NCBI GenBank assembly: GCA_012295275.1
Contig: CM022666.1
Coordinates: forward strand, 496,001 to 560,000
DNA from: Chrysomallon squamiferum
Lineage: Eukaryota > Animalia > Mollusca
Length of the DNA: 64,000 nucleotides
Direction: 5' to 3'
Below the pieces are notes generated by a model. It saw nothing but the letters and a program-made list of their open reading frames with translations. It did not search any database and was not told the origin of the DNA. Each line of letters begins with the position of its first letter. The first letter of the stretch is position 1. Below, one piece after another: positions 60,138 to 64,000 of the stretch. Both the position numbers and the translations under genes were made by a program.

Positions 60138-63100
60138 ATCAGTATATAACTTATAAATATATACATACAGAAATGCAGTATACCTACACACAAAGACGTA
60201 CATCCATATAAAACAGATATAAACATACTGACTTACACATCAATACATACATAACTAAGTACTGTGTGTATATATGTTTATGAATATTATCTAAAATACT
60301 GCAGTATTTTTAAAGTTTATAAATTAAAAATATTAAGACTAAGCTTAAATTTAACAGTATTTTTAACATTTATAAATGACAAATATTAACAGCAAGCTAA
60401 AACACTCTAGTAATTTTAATGTTTACAAATTACAAATCATATTTTATTAACAGCTAAAATACTTTGGAATTTTTTATGTTTGGAAATTGCAAACATCAAC
60501 AGTAAGCTAAAATACGACAGTCTTTTTGATGTTTACAAATTACAAATATTATTTTATTAGCAGCTAGCTAAAATACTACAGCGTTTTTAAATTTTAGATT
60601 TCTAAATTTTTCTTTCTCTTTCACTCTGTGTGTTTTCTTTTTCTTTTTAAATTAATGGTTCACAAAGTGGAATAATTTGGTCTCAGAATAGTAAATCAAG
60701 GTACAAAGAAAAATGTCAATGGTCTATGCAACAATGTCACAGATCAATTACAACCCATGCTGAACTTTTGTTCAGTCCATTTGTAAACCATTTGTGTTCC
60801 TAAGTGAACGACTGTATGAAAACTGCCTGTGTAAGTAATGGAGAGATAGCAACAGAATAACAGATTTAATGAGCTTACTGCGGTTGTATTTAGAATAATG
60901 AAGAAAGGTTTGTAAGTGTATTTACAAATCAGTAAATGTGACTTGATAAAACAGTCCGGTAATAAATCAAACTTCTTTGTAAATGTATGAATATATACTA
61001 GGACGTACATTTTAGAAATTCTGATTCAAATTATTTTTTTTTTCACGTTTACATCAGAGATGATTTTGTACATGTGACTTTAATGCACAGGGACAATTTT
61101 TATAAATTCTGAATGTAGTAATTTGTATCTGTTTTTGTGAGAGGACACACACATATACACATACACAAACACACAATAACAATAATAATATTACTATTAC
61201 ATCATATTTGGTGCTCTGTACACTTATAACAGTGAAATCATTTTTTTGGCTAGAATGTAAATATCTGTCTGTGAACACACAGTCACCTAAACATTATCTG
61301 TAAGTATTTTTTTATTTTTTTTTTACAATAATACTAATAATAATTTCCCTATAGGATGCAAATTTTCTAAATATTTCATTCTATTAATGAGAAATTCCAG
61401 AGAATCAAATGTTTACAAAAATATTCTGTAAACTATTACATAAAATTATATTAAATACCTTGAACTTCCGGTGTTGGTCTGGAGAATGCTGCTAAAGAGA
61501 ACAGAGAAAATTATAAACTTTTCTTTATCATCGTCTTATTATATCATCTAAAATGATTTCAGTGGTGATGAAAGAATTACAGTTCTTCAACACACGAAAC
61601 ACGAAAGAGAAATCGGAGCAGTTCCAATATTTTTTAAACAGAATATCGTATTTTCTTCAAAGACATAAAAGCTTTCCTAAATTTATTATTATTTGTTTAC
61701 ATTTAATTCATGTTCATGTTATTTCGTTTATTCATATGGCTTGAAAAGGTAAAGTTAGGAGTTGATTTTGTACAATTCACCAGCCAGATCTGAGTCAGAC
61801 GTCTCCGTCGAGTTCTCTGGCGAACAAAGCTTCAAGTTGTGGACACTGAAGACGATTCACTCCCGAGTCTGAAAGCTGCTGATTTAGTCGATTTGCCGTA
61901 ACCAGAACCTACCAAATTTTGTTTGAAAGCTTCTGTCTGTAAGCAAAATAATCATTCTTTTCATAAAATGTCGATTTAACCGCATAAAATTACGATTTAA
62001 TTATTGAATCTAGGTTATTTTTGCACATCACTTGTCGCAATAATGTTAGTTACAGATTGTGTGTTGGAGAGCTTCAACACAAAATCTATGAAGGTTTTCA
62101 GAAGTTTACTTATTTTTGATACCCGAAAAATGAACGATCATGTGACTTCAGTTTTTCAGCTGTTGTTGCGATCTAAAACCAACCTTCTTGTTCAATGGTA
62201 TTTAGATTTTTTCTTCTTCTTCTTCTACTCTTTAAGGAATACCTTTGAAATAATACTGCAACTCATTATGGAATATGTGTTTAGTTAGTGTTAGTGGAAT
62301 AATGATAAGCGTGTTATGTTAAGATAAGGTTGAAACTTCGCTCGAAACATATTACAGACATAATAAATAATAACATAGGTCACACAGTACAAATTTCCAT
62401 ATTTAATCTCCTCTTTGTTTTGAAATTTGCTGAATAAAATCCGCTCACACATTCAAACAGGTTCTCAGAAACGTATTCAAAAGTCACTTCTTAAATATTT
62501 TCAAGTGAAAATCAGCTTCAGCTTCATTTACAGTCACATCACTAAACACTGTATGTGTTATTTTTAAGTACTCTTACATCGTAATTCACTATTCAGATTT
62601 TGTCCATGTGTTCTTAATATACTCTCATTATAAAGTCATTTCAGCCCTCTCTGAGGAGGACAGGTTACAATAATATAATAGTACTAAGATTGTAAGACAA
62701 TGCTGAAGAAAATTGTAACTTGTTAGAAGAAGAAAAATGAACCTCCCCTTTCAAAAATTAACATTTCAGATTTTCTTTCTTTTTCTTTTTCTTTTCTTCT
62801 TCTTGATACATGGACATACATACTCTTCTTCGAGTTCTTTTTTTTCTCCTTCATCATCATCTTCTTCTCCTTTTTCTTTTTCTTCTTCTTTTTGTTATTA
62901 TTTGTATGCAATTTCAAACTATTCGACACTGTTATTAATGGATTTCAGAAATTTACATTCACTTTTTAATAGAAACATATCTTTTTGTTCATTGACAATG
63001 ACATAGGAGTAACCGATTGCAATTTGGTAAAACGAAAAACATAGATACACAAATGTGGTAATATAGGGTATGACCGATTTACATCACTGTTTTAGTTTAA

Positions 63101-64000
63101 ACAACAACAACAATAATAATAAATTTATTATAAATAATTTAACTTAATTTAATTTTAAGAAATATGCATTTATCTGTAGAGCTAAACATTTCTAACATCT
63201 TCCATTGTAAAACTAGATTACATAATAACGACAGTGTCACATCTCATTATAAAATATCACAGACATTTCAAGACAGATATAAATACGTTTAGATGTTTGA
63301 CCCCCAACATAGCATCTTGTAATAAATTACGTTCGGTACTGTGAACTGTCAGCAACATCAGAAGTGTATAAACCCTGGCGTATTTGTCAATGTCTGATTA
63401 GAGGCATCGTAATTAATTCCATTTATAATCATATCACCAAACATTGCATGTTGCATTTCTAAGAGCTGTTACATCACAATTCATCATCCATCCAATTTTT
63501 GTGCATTTGTTCTTAATATACTCTCACTGTAAAGTGCTTTGAGTTCTCAGGCGCAAAGGCTACTCAACAAGTCACTTTTACTATTATTATATTAATATTA
63601 TTACTAGCACTGAGATTCTAAGTCGATCCAACTTCTTAAAAGAAAATGAAAGGTTTCTTCATTACGAGTCAGTATTATTGGATAACTGTAATGAAACAGA
63701 AGCATCCAGCTGTTCTCAGAGAAGTTAAACGTTATATCTGAAAAAATACGTTATCGAACAACAGCATACACTTATAACAAACATTACTTAGTCCGACTGA
63801 GCAAAACAAACCACTTTATTAACTTATTCATTTCGTAAAGATTGATTTCATTTAACTATAGAAAACTAATGTTGAAAATGGTTAATTTTCGCAGAAATAG
63901 AAAACTGTCATTATTTTATAGCAGTAATTTCTTTCTGCAAGAAAATACCTTCCTGGTATCATTCAGTGACTGTACTAAACCGCTTGATGAAGATTACTAT

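Noticed and set aside
61780-61940. GC-richer segment with a minus-strand acceptor (ttttgcttacag) and ~34 open codons
   Set aside because: No recognisable protein similarity and no linked exons in the window; cannot support a gene call.

Overview
This is AT-rich, microsatellite-dense animal genomic DNA with spliceosomal introns; a mollusc/lophotrochozoan origin is inferred from repeat style and gene content, not proven. Most long ORFs in the supplied track are microsatellite artefacts. Hand-assembling GT-AG exons with consistent phases gives six intact genes. (1) A 5-exon BTB/POZ protein (minus, 924-3276, 268 aa). (2-5) Four 4-exon type II membrane proteins with a juxtamembrane CxPC...CC module and a divergent C-terminal TNF-homology domain (all minus: 8751-11091, 15944-18243, 23033-25399 and a distant paralog at 30478-32749), plus two inverted pseudo-exon remnants of the distant paralog. 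(6) A 20-exon PEX1 (plus, 36333-58471, 1356 aa). The TNF-like cluster has a reconstructable history of duplication with inversion followed by an unequal crossover that made a chimeric middle gene, and its promoters keep kappaB/TATA/CCAAT motifs. PEX1 carries unusual non-coding structure: a minisatellite of repeated CAG|GTAAGT (recursive-splice-like) sites ending at a real acceptor, an antisense copy of its own exon 18 in intron 14, a ~1.8 kb foldback palindrome, and a 3' UTR repeat seeded from the stop codon that reiterates poly(A) signals. No CRISPR, rRNA or intact tRNA was seen.
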